Source: Actinomycetota bacterium
GTDB lineage: Bacteria; Actinomycetota; Thermoleophilia; Gaiellales; Gaiellaceae
Length of the DNA stretch: 28,451 nt
Direction of reading: 5' to 3'
Assembly (NCBI GenBank): GCA_005883245.1
Contig: VAXT01000091.1
Span: forward strand, 1-28,451
Within the stretch, counting starts at the first letter, position 1. Each line of letters opens with the position of its first letter. The position numbers and the translations under genes are program-made. Shown piece by piece: positions 8,424-16,603 of this stretch. Under the pieces are notes generated by a model. It saw nothing but the letters and a program-made list of their open reading frames with translations, made no database searches and was not told where the DNA came from.

Positions 8424-8453
8424 CGAGGGACAGTCCCCAGGGCCTGTCCCTCG
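8424..8453. terminator. GC-rich stem-loop downstream of the peroxiredoxin gene (terminator or REP-like)
   Basis: CGAGGGACAG (8424-8433) / CTGTCCCTCG (8444-8453), 10-bp perfect stem; no clear U-tract. Confidence 0.5.
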
Positions 8454-8462
8454 CCGCATTCG

Positions 8463-9061
8463 TTACGGAGTCGTTCCGACCACGGCCGAATCCTGCTCCG
8501 GTTGCGGCACGACTCGGATGTACGGCTTCGGCGAGTCCCACTCGCCGAAGATCTCCTTCGCCTCGTCGTCCGAGACCGAGCCCGCGATGATCACGTCCTC
8601 GCCCTGCCGCCAGTTCACCGGCGTCGCCACCTTGTGGTTCGCGGTGAGCTGGAGCGAGTCGATCACGCGCAGCACCTCGTCGAAGTTACGGCCGGTCGTC
8701 ATCGGGTAGATGAGGATCAGCTTCACCTTCTTGTCCGGCCCGACGACGAAGACGTTCCGCACGGTCTGGTTGTCCTCGGATAGTTCGGCGCCTCGCCCTG
8801 CGTCTCTTCGATGTCCTTGGCCCAGCCCTTGTGGTCGCTCGTCGTGTCGACGGAGAGCCCGATGATCTTCACGTTCCGCCGTTCGAACTCGGGCTTGATC
8901 CGCGCCATGTAGCCGAGCTCGGTCGTGCAGACCGGAGTGAAGTCCTTCGGGTGCGAGAAGAGCACGGCCCAGCCGTCGCCGATCCAGTCGTGGAAGCGGA
9001 TGTGCCCTTCGGTCGTGTCCGCCTCGAAGTCCGGTGCCGTGTCGCCGATCTTCAGTGCCAT
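8463..9061 (-). pseudogene. 1-Cys peroxiredoxin (Prx6 type), frameshifted near 8776-8780
   Basis: N-terminal half (ORF 8723..9061) has [12 protein letters not shown]...QGEAPNYP. C-terminal half is in another frame (ORF 8463..9155): [37 protein letters not shown]...ATPVNW. The linker expected in Prx6 appears missing. May be an assembly artefact. Confidence 0.8.
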
Positions 9062-9144
9062 GGGGTCCTCCTTCGCCAGAAAGCGTGTATCCCATCACAA
9101 CGGCGGGCTCCGCGGCGGTATTCGCCTGTGGCATGCTCAACCAC

Positions 9145-9387
9145 ATGGATGACACCCAGATCCACGAGCGGATCGAGAAGCTCGTCGCCGAGGAGCACGA
9201 GCTCTACGACCGCGTCGGCGAAGGCGGGCTGAACGCCGACGAGCACAACCGGCTCGAGTCGATCAAGGTCAGCCTCGACCAGTGCTGGGACCTGCTCCGT
9301 CAGCGCCGCGCGTTCCGTGAGTCGGGCCAGGATCCGGATGCGGCTCACGTGCGCGACCCCGAGACCGTCGAGCGCTACGAGCAATAG
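9145..9387 (+). CDS. DUF2630 family protein
   Basis: [20 protein letters not shown]...[13 protein letters not shown]...[12 protein letters not shown], a characteristic actinobacterial DUF2630 pattern; ATG 9145 is in frame with ORF 9034. Confidence 0.85.
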   Translation: MDDTQIHERIEKLVAEEHELYDRVGEGGLNADEHNRLESIKVSLDQCWDLLRQRRAFRESGQDPDAAHVRDPETVERYEQ

Positions 9388-9403
9388 CGGCTGATCCGCG
9401 AGA

Positions 9404-10633
9404 ATGGCCGATGTGAGCGACGCCGGCGCACATCCAGGCGAAGCGGCGGAGCTCCAGCGCGAGCGCGATCGCGCCGAGGAACGCGAAGCCGCCGTTCGGG
9501 ACGTCGTCCAGACGATCGCGCGCACGACCTTCGACCTCGATGCGGTCCTGCAGACCGTGATCGACCGGGCGGTCCGACTCTGCCACGCGGACACCGGCAA
9601 CATCGCCCGCCGCGACGGCGACAAGGACGAGTACCGGATCGCGGCCTTCACGAGCATGACCCCCGAGTACGAGCGTCTTGTTCGAGAGCGCTTGTACAAG
9701 CCCGAGCGCGGGTCGATCGTCGGCCGGACGCTGCTCGAGAAGCGGATCGTGCACATCGGCGACGTGCTCGAGGATCCGCAATACGCCCTACCCGACCTGC
9801 AGAGGCTCGCGGGCTACCGCACCGCGCTCGGGGTCCCGATGATGCGGGAAGGCGTGCCGATCGGCGCGATCGCGGTCGCCCGCAACCAGGTGCGGCCGTT
9901 CGACGCCATGGAGATCAGGCTGATCGAGACGTTCGCCGACTTCGCGGTGATCGCGATCGAGAACGTCCGTCTCTTCCAGACTGTTGAGCGCCAGCGCACC
10001 GAGTTGGCGCAGTTCGCACCACACGTCGCGAACCTGCTCTCGACCGGAGACGGAGAGCAGCTCCTCGCCGGTCACCGCCGCGAGATCACCGCGCTCTTTT
10101 GCGATCTGCGCGGCTTCACGTCCTTCTCGGAGACCGCCGAGCCCGAGGAGGTCTTCAGCATCCTGCGCGAGTACCACACCGCAGCCGGCGAGGTCGTCTC
10201 GGCGAACGAAGGCACCATCGAGCACTTCGCAGGAGACGGGCTGATGGCGTTCTTCAATGATCCGGTCGAGATCGACGATCACGAGCTCGCGGCCGTGCGC
10301 ACCGCTGCGACGCTGGCCGAGCGCTTCACGACCCTCGCCGCGGACTGGCGCAAGCGTGGCTACGACCTCGGCCTCGGCATCGGGATCGCGACCGGCTACG
10401 CGACGCTCGGGCGGATCGGGTTCGAAGGACGCTACGAGTACGGCGCGATCGGCAATGCGGTCATTCTTGCCTCACGGCTGAGCGACGCAGCCGCGCCCGG
10501 CGAGATCCTGCTCAGCCAGCGTACCGACGCTTCGCTCGAGGGGCGAATCGCGACCGATCCCGTTCCCGTGCTGCGGCTCAAGGGCTTCACGCGGCCCGTC
10601 GTCGCGATGCGCCTGGTCGAGCTCTCCGGCTGA
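9404..10633 (+). CDS. GAF domain + class III adenylate/guanylate cyclase domain protein
   Basis: GAF (FDLDAVLQTV...GSIVGR..LEKRIVHIGDV..DP.Y...RT.LGVPM); cyclase LFCDLRGFT, FAGDGLM, GIGIATG, LASRL, LKGF. Confidence 0.88.
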   Translation: MADVSDAGAHPGEAAELQRERDRAEEREAAVRDVVQTIARTTFDLDAVLQTVIDRAVRLCHADTGNIARRDGDKDEYRIAAFTSMTPEYERLVRERLYKPERGSIVGRTLLEKRIVHIGDVLEDPQYALPDLQRLAGYRTALGVPMMREGVPIGAIAVARNQVRPFDAMEIRLIETFADFAVIAIENVRLFQTVERQRTELAQFAPHVANLLSTGDGEQLLAGHRREITALFCDLRGFTSFSETAEPEEVFSILREYHTAAGEVVSANEGTIEHFAGDGLMAFFNDPVEIDDHELAAVRTAATLAERFTTLAADWRKRGYDLGLGIGIATGYATLGRIGFEGRYEYGAIGNAVILASRLSDAAAPGEILLSQRTDASLEGRIATDPVPVLRLKGFTRPVVAMRLVELSG

Positions 10634-10675
10634 ACCGAAAGCCAGCCAGCAGACCGTCAGTAGCATCGGTGGTCG

Positions 10676-13231
10676 ATGATCCGCGTCGCGCTCAGGGGGC
10701 TGCTCGGACGAAAGCTGCGGACGTCGCTGACCGCGATCGCGATCGTGCTCGGCGTCGCGATGGTCGCAGGCACGTTCATGCTGACCGACTCGATCGACAA
10801 GGCGTTCGACTCGATCTTCACCGACGTCCGCGCGGGGTCGAACGCCGTGATCAGCGGCAAGACTGCGTTCGACATCTCGGGCGACTCAGGCTCGGTGGCG
10901 CCGAGCCTCGACGCCTCACTCCTCGGAACGGTTCGCAGTCTGCCCGACGTCGAGGCGGCCGAGGGCAGTGTCGACGGCCAGGCGCAGCTGATCAGAAAGA
11001 ACGGCAAGGCGATCGTCTACGGCGGCGCGCCGAACCTCGGCTTCAGCATCGCGAACGGCGCGTCGCGCTTCAACCCGCTGACCCTCGTCGACGGATCGTG
11101 GCCGCAGCAGGGCGACGTTGTGATCGACAAGTCGACCGCGAAGAAGGAGCACTTCAAGATCGGACAGTCGGTGGGCGTGCAGGCCGAAGGACCGGCGCGG
11201 CGGCTGCGTATCTCCGGCTTCGTCCGCTTCGGCTCGGTCGCCACGATCGGCGGCGCCACGCTCTCCGGCTTCGCGCTGCCGACGGCCCAGGAGCTGTTCG
11301 ACAAGCGCGGCCGGCTGGACGAGATCGCGGTCGCCGCCAAGCCGGGCGTGTCGGACGAGCAGCTCGTCCGTGAGCTCCAGGCGAACGCGCCGCCGACCGC
11401 TCAGGTGAAGACGGCGGCCCAGCAGGCCGCGGATGACGCATCCGATACGAACAGCTTCATCTCGTTCCTGCGCGGCTTCCTGCTCGCCTTCGGCGGGATC
11501 GCCCTCTTCGTCGGCAGCTTCGTGATCGCAAACTCGCTCTCGATCACGATCGCGCAGCGAACGCGCGAGTTCGCAACCGTGCGCACGGTCGGCGCTTCCC
11601 GCCGACAGATTCTGACCTCGATCCTGATCGAGGCGGTCGTCGTCGGCGTGCTCGCGTCGCTCGTCGGGCTCCTGGCCGGCTTCGGGCTCGCCAAAGCGCT
11701 GTTCGCGCTCTTCGACGCCGTCGGCTTCACGCTGCCGAATAGCGGCCTCATCCTGACGCCGACCGCCGTCGTGATCGCGCTCACCGCCGGGATCGTGGTC
11801 ACGATCCTCGCGAGCATGCGGCCCGCGATCCGCGCGACGCGCGTGCCTCCACTGGCGGCCGTCCAGGAGGGGGCGATCTTGCCGCCCTCTCGACTCGCCT
11901 TCCTGCGTGTTCCCGGCTCGATCCTCCTGACGGTGCTCGGGTTCGCGGCCCTCTCCTGGGCCCTGTTCGCCGACCACAGCACGACCGGGCTTCTCGTCTG
12001 GATGGGCCTCGGTGCGCTGATGATCTTCCTCGGTGTCGCACTGCTCGCCGAGCGGCTCGTGCGGCCTCTCGCCACGTGGCTGGGCTGGCCCTCGGCGAGG
12101 CTCGGCGGCGCCGCGGGCGCGCTCGCGCGGAGCAACTCGCGGCGGAATCCACAGCGAACGGCATCGACGGCTTCGGCGCTGATGATCGGGCTCGCGCTCG
12201 TCACGCTCGTCGCGGTGCTCGCGGCCGGGATCATCTCGACGTTCCGGAGCGCCGTCGACGATCTCTGGAAGAACGCGGACTACGCCCTCACGGCCCAGAA
12301 CAACTTCTCGCCGATGCCGGTCAGCGTCGCGGCCGCCGCCGCGAAGGCGCCGGGCGTCGAGGCGGTCGGCAACGTCCGGGCCGGCCAGGCAAAAGCCTTC
12401 GGGAACGTCTACAACGCGACCGCGGTCAACCCCGCGGCCGGCCGAATCTTCTCCATCGACTGGAAAGACGGCTCCGATGCGGTTCTCGCTCGCCTCGGCG
12501 CCGACGGGGCCTTCGTCGACGACGGCTTCGCAAGCGACCACGGCCTCAAGGTCGGCTCGGCGTTTCGACAGACCTTCGCCGACGGCGAGACCGCACCCTT
12601 CCGCGTGCTGGGCATCTTCAAGCCTCCGACCGGTGGATCGCCGTTCGGCCCGGTCACGATCTCCGCCAGTACGTGGGACCGCTTCAACGACCAGCCGCAG
12701 AACCTCTACTCGTTCGTGATCATGAAACGCGGCGAGACGGACGCGAACCGGGCCGCCCTCGACCGCACGCTGAAGGAGTTCCCGAACGCCAAGGTGCAAA
12801 CCCGCTCGGAGTTCGTCGACAACCAGATCTCAGGGCTGAACTCCGTGCTCAACATCCTCTACATCCTGCTCGCGCTCTCGGTGCTGGTGAGCTTCTTCGG
12901 GATCGTGAACACGCTCGTGCTCTCCGTCTTCGAGCGGACACGGGAGATCGGAATGCTGCGCGCCGTGGGCATGACCCGGCGGCAGATTCGGCGCATGATC
13001 CGCCACGAGAGCATCATCACGGCGGCGATCAGCGGCGTCCTCGGAATCTTGCTCGGGATCGCGCTGGGAGCCCTCCTCGTAGCCCGGGTGGACTTCATCG
13101 ACTTCACGCTGCCCGTCACGCAGCTGGTCATCTTCGCCGTCGCAGCGATCGTGGTCGGGATCATCGCGGCCATCTTTCCGGCGCGACGAGCCGCGCGGCT
13201 GAACGTGCTGCAGGCGCTCCAGTATGAGTGA
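10676..13231 (+). CDS. Large FtsX/MacB-type ABC permease (two FtsX repeats)
   Basis: RKLRTSLTAIAIVLGV; IAQRTREFATVRTVGAS and FERTREIGMLRAVGMT repeats; 851 aa. Confidence 0.9.
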   Translation: MIRVALRGLLGRKLRTSLTAIAIVLGVAMVAGTFMLTDSIDKAFDSIFTDVRAGSNAVISGKTAFDISGDSGSVAPSLDASLLGTVRSLPDVEAAEGSVDGQAQLIRKNGKAIVYGGAPNLGFSIANGASRFNPLTLVDGSWPQQGDVVIDKSTAKKEHFKIGQSVGVQAEGPARRLRISGFVRFGSVATIGGATLSGFALPTAQELFDKRGRLDEIAVAAKPGVSDEQLVRELQANAPPTAQVKTAAQQAADDASDTNSFISFLRGFLLAFGGIALFVGSFVIANSLSITIAQRTREFATVRTVGASRRQILTSILIEAVVVGVLASLVGLLAGFGLAKALFALFDAVGFTLPNSGLILTPTAVVIALTAGIVVTILASMRPAIRATRVPPLAAVQEGAILPPSRLAFLRVPGSILLTVLGFAALSWALFADHSTTGLLVWMGLGALMIFLGVALLAERLVRPLATWLGWPSARLGGAAGALARSNSRRNPQRTASTASALMIGLALVTLVAVLAAGIISTFRSAVDDLWKNADYALTAQNNFSPMPVSVAAAAAKAPGVEAVGNVRAGQAKAFGNVYNATAVNPAAGRIFSIDWKDGSDAVLARLGADGAFVDDGFASDHGLKVGSAFRQTFADGETAPFRVLGIFKPPTGGSPFGPVTISASTWDRFNDQPQNLYSFVIMKRGETDANRAALDRTLKEFPNAKVQTRSEFVDNQISGLNSVLNILYILLALSVLVSFFGIVNTLVLSVFERTREIGMLRAVGMTRRQIRRMIRHESIITAAISGVLGILLGIALGALLVARVDFIDFTLPVTQLVIFAVAAIVVGIIAAIFPARRAARLNVLQALQYE

Positions 13232-13237
13232 AGACCG

Positions 13238-13681
13238 CTACCGCTTAGTCGGCCCGGCGATCGCGTCCGAGGCGCGGAAGCGCTCGCCCAGGATGCGCCC
13301 GAGGTCGAGCACGAAGCGCAGCGCGAGCCGCGGTTGCATCAGACGCAGCCGCTGGAACGCCCCCTGCGTGAGAACGAGCGCCTCGGCCTCCTCGAGCGCG
13401 ACGACGTCCGCCGACCGTGGTAGCCCGTCGAAGAAGCCGACCTCGCCGAAGAGGTCGCCCGGCTCGAGCACGCGGACGCGCTTCGCCCCTTCGTCGCTCG
13501 GCACGAGCACCTCGAACGAGCCGCGCGAGATGACGAAGAAGCTGCGGTCGAGCTCGCCTGTGCGAACCGCAAACTCACCCGGGGCGTAGATGCGTGCCTG
13601 CGTGTACTCGAGCACGACCGTGAGGTCGGCCTCGTGCAGGTCGGCGAGGAAACCCCGGTGCTCGCCGTTCGACTCGCTCAT
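13238..13681 (-). CDS. Stand-alone cyclic-nucleotide-binding domain protein
   Basis: ATG 13681 overlaps the globin TGA (ATGA). YAPGE...G...FFVISRGSFEV...PGDLFGEVGFFDGLPRSADV; no C-terminal HTH. Confidence 0.85.
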   Translation of the reverse strand: MSESNGEHRGFLADLHEADLTVVLEYTQARIYAPGEFAVRTGELDRSFFVISRGSFEVLVPSDEGAKRVRVLEPGDLFGEVGFFDGLPRSADVVALEEAEALVLTQGAFQRLRLMQPRLALRFVLDLGRILGERFRASDAIAGPTKR

Positions 13682-14094
13682 CCAGCCCCAGTCGCAGCCC
13701 CTTGCAGCATCACGTCCTGCACCACGACGAAGGCCTCCTGCCACGCGGTCGTGTACTCCGGCTTCCATTGGTCACCCGCGATCTCGGCCATCGAGCCGAT
13801 CAGGACCTCGCCGACGACCGGGTAGTGCTCCGGTTGCGCCCCGTACTGGACGTGGCGGGAACCGAGATCCTGCAGGTCGGGGACGATGTCGTCCAGGTCG
13901 CGCAGCGACTCCCGCAAGACGACGAGCATGTTCAGCAAGGCCTCCCGCTGTCGCTCCATGTCGACGTCGGCGAACAGCGGCTGGACGGCCGGCGCCGTCT
14001 CGAACAGGCGGTCGTAGAACGTCTTCATCAGCTCGTCGCCGCGCGGAGCGACGAGGTCGAAGCTTTCCTCGAGGGTCTCTACGTCAACAGACAT
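13678..14094 (-). CDS. Single-domain 3/3 globin (flavohaemoglobin/Vgb lineage)
   Basis: FY (B9-B10), P..QPLF (CD1), RQ (E7), LG.RH (F8 His), GAQPEHY (G5), AW in helix H; GGGGAG RBS upstream. Confidence 0.92.
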   Translation of the reverse strand: MSVDVETLEESFDLVAPRGDELMKTFYDRLFETAPAVQPLFADVDMERQREALLNMLVVLRESLRDLDDIVPDLQDLGSRHVQYGAQPEHYPVVGEVLIGSMAEIAGDQWKPEYTTAWQEAFVVVQDVMLQGAATGAG

Positions 14095-14124
14095 AGCGGC
14101 AGCTCCCCTGACTCGTGGACACCC

Positions 14125-15774
14125 CTACCCCGCGAGTGTCGCACCCCCCACCAGGCGAGACAAGGCCTGCCACTTGCCGTGCTCGAACGCATCGAGATCG
14201 GAGCTGAGGTCGATTCCCTGCTCGACGCCGGCGGTGACGTCGTCGAACAGCTCGGGGTCGCCGAGGATGATCGCGCCGGCGAGCCGGCCGTCGTCCAGCA
14301 CGAGCTTCCGGTAGCGGCGCGTGCCGTACGCGCTGACGAGGACCGTCCTCGAGTCCTCGCCGCTCGCCTCGACCGCGCCGATCGAGAGCAGGTCGATGCC
14401 GGGCACCTTCAGCCGGGCGGGCTGTGCGAGGAGACTGAAGGCCGCTTCGCCGCCGACGATGCTGGTCGCGGCGACCTGTGCCTGCTCCACGCTCGCCGGC
14501 CAGAGCCCGTAACGCCGCCCCTGGTGGTCGACGACGTCGCCCACGGCGTAGATGTGCGGGTCCGAGGTCTGCATCGCGTCGTTGACGGTGACTCCGCCGG
14601 CTACCTCGAGCGCGGCAGCCTTGGCGAGCTCCGAGTTCGGGACGACTCCCGTCGCGGCGAGGCAGAGCTCGGCGTCGATCGTCCCCCCGTCGACCAGCTC
14701 GACGCCCGTCACAAGCTCGTCGGCGACGATCCGCTCCGCCTCGATCAGCGGCAGGAGCTCGATGCCGAGGTCGTGGAGCATCTCCCAGAGCAGCGCGCCC
14801 GCCTGCTCGTCGAGCTGCCGGCTGAGTGGCCACGGGCTGCGGTCGAGCATGACAACCCGGAGGTCGAGCTGCGTCAGGTAGTACGCGGCCTCGAGCCCGA
14901 GCAGGCCGGCACCGACGATCACGACCGTCCGACAGCGGTGCCGCCGGACGTGCTGCTGGATCTGCACGGCGTCGTCGATCGTCCGCAGCACGAAGCTGCC
15001 CGCCGCGCCGAAGCCGTCGATCGGTGGGACGAGCGGAGCCGCCCCGGTCGCGATCACCACTCGGTCGTACGGGATGCGTTCCCGGTCGGCGAGGACCACG
15101 TCGCCGCTCTCGCGGTCGATCGCCGTGACGGGCAACCCGCGCCGGTAGTCGATCCTCCGTGACCCGGCCCAGTCACGCCGGTTCAGGTAGAGGCTCTCGA
15201 TCGACACGGACTCGGAGACGAGCCTCGTGATCCCCATCCGGTTGTAGAAGGCATACGGCTCGTCGCCGATCAGGGTCAGCTCCGCGTCGGGCAGCACGCG
15301 GCGAAGCTCCTCGGCTGCGGTCACGCCCGCGACACCCGCTCCGATGACGACGACTCGTCCGATCTCGGTCTTGAGCTCGGGGACAACGGCGACGGCCCGG
15401 GTCGGCTCCTCGCTCGGTTCCTCGGGGGCCGGATGCGGATCGACGACGACCGGGCCTTCGACGCGCGACACGCATGCCATCCGGCAGCCCGCCCCCAGCC
15501 CTAGACGCTCCAGGGTGCGACGCTCGGCCGAGCGCATGGCCGAGAGGTTCTCCTCGCCCTCGATGATGCGGACGGGATCCGAGCCGCACATGCCCATGCG
15601 GCAGCCGTGCTCGATCGGCACCTGGCTCGCCTCGGCGATGTCCAGCAGTTTGTCGCCCTTCTTAGCTCGCACCGTCGGGCCATTCGTGAAGGCGACCGAG
15701 ACCTCGCCCGCATGGACGGCTTCCGCGACGCGCAGGAGCTCGTCGGCCGGATGCGCTGGCGTGGGCTCGGTCAC
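14125..15774 (-). CDS. [2Fe-2S] ferredoxin domain fused to a NAD(P)H/FAD-dependent pyridine nucleotide-disulphide oxidoreductase (rubredoxin/NirB-N-terminal type)
   Basis: N-terminal GCRMGMCGSD...RMAC; FAD motif IGAGVAG; YNR; NAD motif VGAGLLGLEAA; TSDPHIYAVGD; YRKLVL..GRLAGAIILGD. Confidence 0.85.
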   Translation of the reverse strand: MTEPTPAHPADELLRVAEAVHAGEVSVAFTNGPTVRAKKGDKLLDIAEASQVPIEHGCRMGMCGSDPVRIIEGEENLSAMRSAERRTLERLGLGAGCRMACVSRVEGPVVVDPHPAPEEPSEEPTRAVAVVPELKTEIGRVVVIGAGVAGVTAAEELRRVLPDAELTLIGDEPYAFYNRMGITRLVSESVSIESLYLNRRDWAGSRRIDYRRGLPVTAIDRESGDVVLADRERIPYDRVVIATGAAPLVPPIDGFGAAGSFVLRTIDDAVQIQQHVRRHRCRTVVIVGAGLLGLEAAYYLTQLDLRVVMLDRSPWPLSRQLDEQAGALLWEMLHDLGIELLPLIEAERIVADELVTGVELVDGGTIDAELCLAATGVVPNSELAKAAALEVAGGVTVNDAMQTSDPHIYAVGDVVDHQGRRYGLWPASVEQAQVAATSIVGGEAAFSLLAQPARLKVPGIDLLSIGAVEASGEDSRTVLVSAYGTRRYRKLVLDDGRLAGAIILGDPELFDDVTAGVEQGIDLSSDLDAFEHGKWQALSRLVGGATLAG

Positions 15775-15806
15775 GCACCGAGCCTAAAACGAGTTGGCGC
15801 GCCGGG

Positions 15807-16556
15807 CTAGTAACGGTGGCGCTCGATGAACTCGAGCATCCGGTTCCACGCGTCCGCGGACGCCTCCGCGAACGCTTCCTGGCTGCGGTCGAAGAAACTG
15901 TGCGGCGCGCCGGGATAGGTCACCACCTCGTGCTCGACGCCGGCCGCAGTCAGGGCCTCGTCGAACTCCGCGTTGTGCTCGGCGGTGATGTTCCTGTCGG
16001 CGCCGGCCTGAAGCGCGAGGATCGGCGCGGTCATCTCGGCCGCGCGCGTCGTCGGGCCGCGCGTGTCGCGATCGACCGTCGACCCGTAGAAGCCGACGGC
16101 CCCCTTCAGGTCGTGCCCGCTCGCCGCGGCCAGCCACGAGTTGCGCCCGCCGAAGCAGAAGCCGACCGTGAAGTTTGAGGTCACGCCCTGGTCGAGCAAC
16201 CACGCGATGACGGCGCTGAGGTCGGTCTGCACCTGGTCCGGCGTGCCCAGGCTCACGTGGTGCGGGTAGTCGAAGTCGTCGCCCCTCTTCCCCACTCCCG
16301 CCGTCCGCCCGAAGTAGTCGAAGGCGATCGCGGCGATTCCGCGCTCGGCGAAGCGCAGCGCCAGCTCCTCGTAGAAGCGGTAGAGCCCGCGCACATCGGG
16401 CAGGATCGCGACGCCGACGTCGGTCGGATCCTCTGGCAGCGCCGCGAAGGCCGCGAAGCGGTTGCCGTCCTCGCTTTGGAGCTCGAGGTCGCGGTGGTCG
16501 ACCGCGCCACCCTCGATCGGCGCAATCGGCGGCACAGCGTCGAGCTCGAAGCACAT
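15807..16556 (-). CDS. Dienelactone hydrolase family protein
   Basis: LPDVRGL, GFCFGG nucleophile elbow, GAD, YPGAPHSF. Confidence 0.9.
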   Translation of the reverse strand: MCFELDAVPPIAPIEGGAVDHRDLELQSEDGNRFAAFAALPEDPTDVGVAILPDVRGLYRFYEELALRFAERGIAAIAFDYFGRTAGVGKRGDDFDYPHHVSLGTPDQVQTDLSAVIAWLLDQGVTSNFTVGFCFGGRNSWLAAASGHDLKGAVGFYGSTVDRDTRGPTTRAAEMTAPILALQAGADRNITAEHNAEFDEALTAAGVEHEVVTYPGAPHSFFDRSQEAFAEASADAWNRMLEFIERHRY

Positions 16557-16603
16557 GCGGCGAGCCTATCCTGAGCCGGCGGGGACTAGACTCGAATCCG
16601 AGG

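Noticed and set aside
8463-9061. Programmed ribosomal frameshifting explaining the split peroxiredoxin, GT2 and kinase genes
   Set aside because: No slippery heptamers at the junctions, and family-conserved segments appear missing, which fits deletion rather than recoding.
9404-10633. Non-canonical cyclase as a Pycsar-type anti-phage cyclase
   Set aside because: No adjacent TIR or membrane effector gene and no defence-island context; GAF-cyclase architecture is ordinary signalling.
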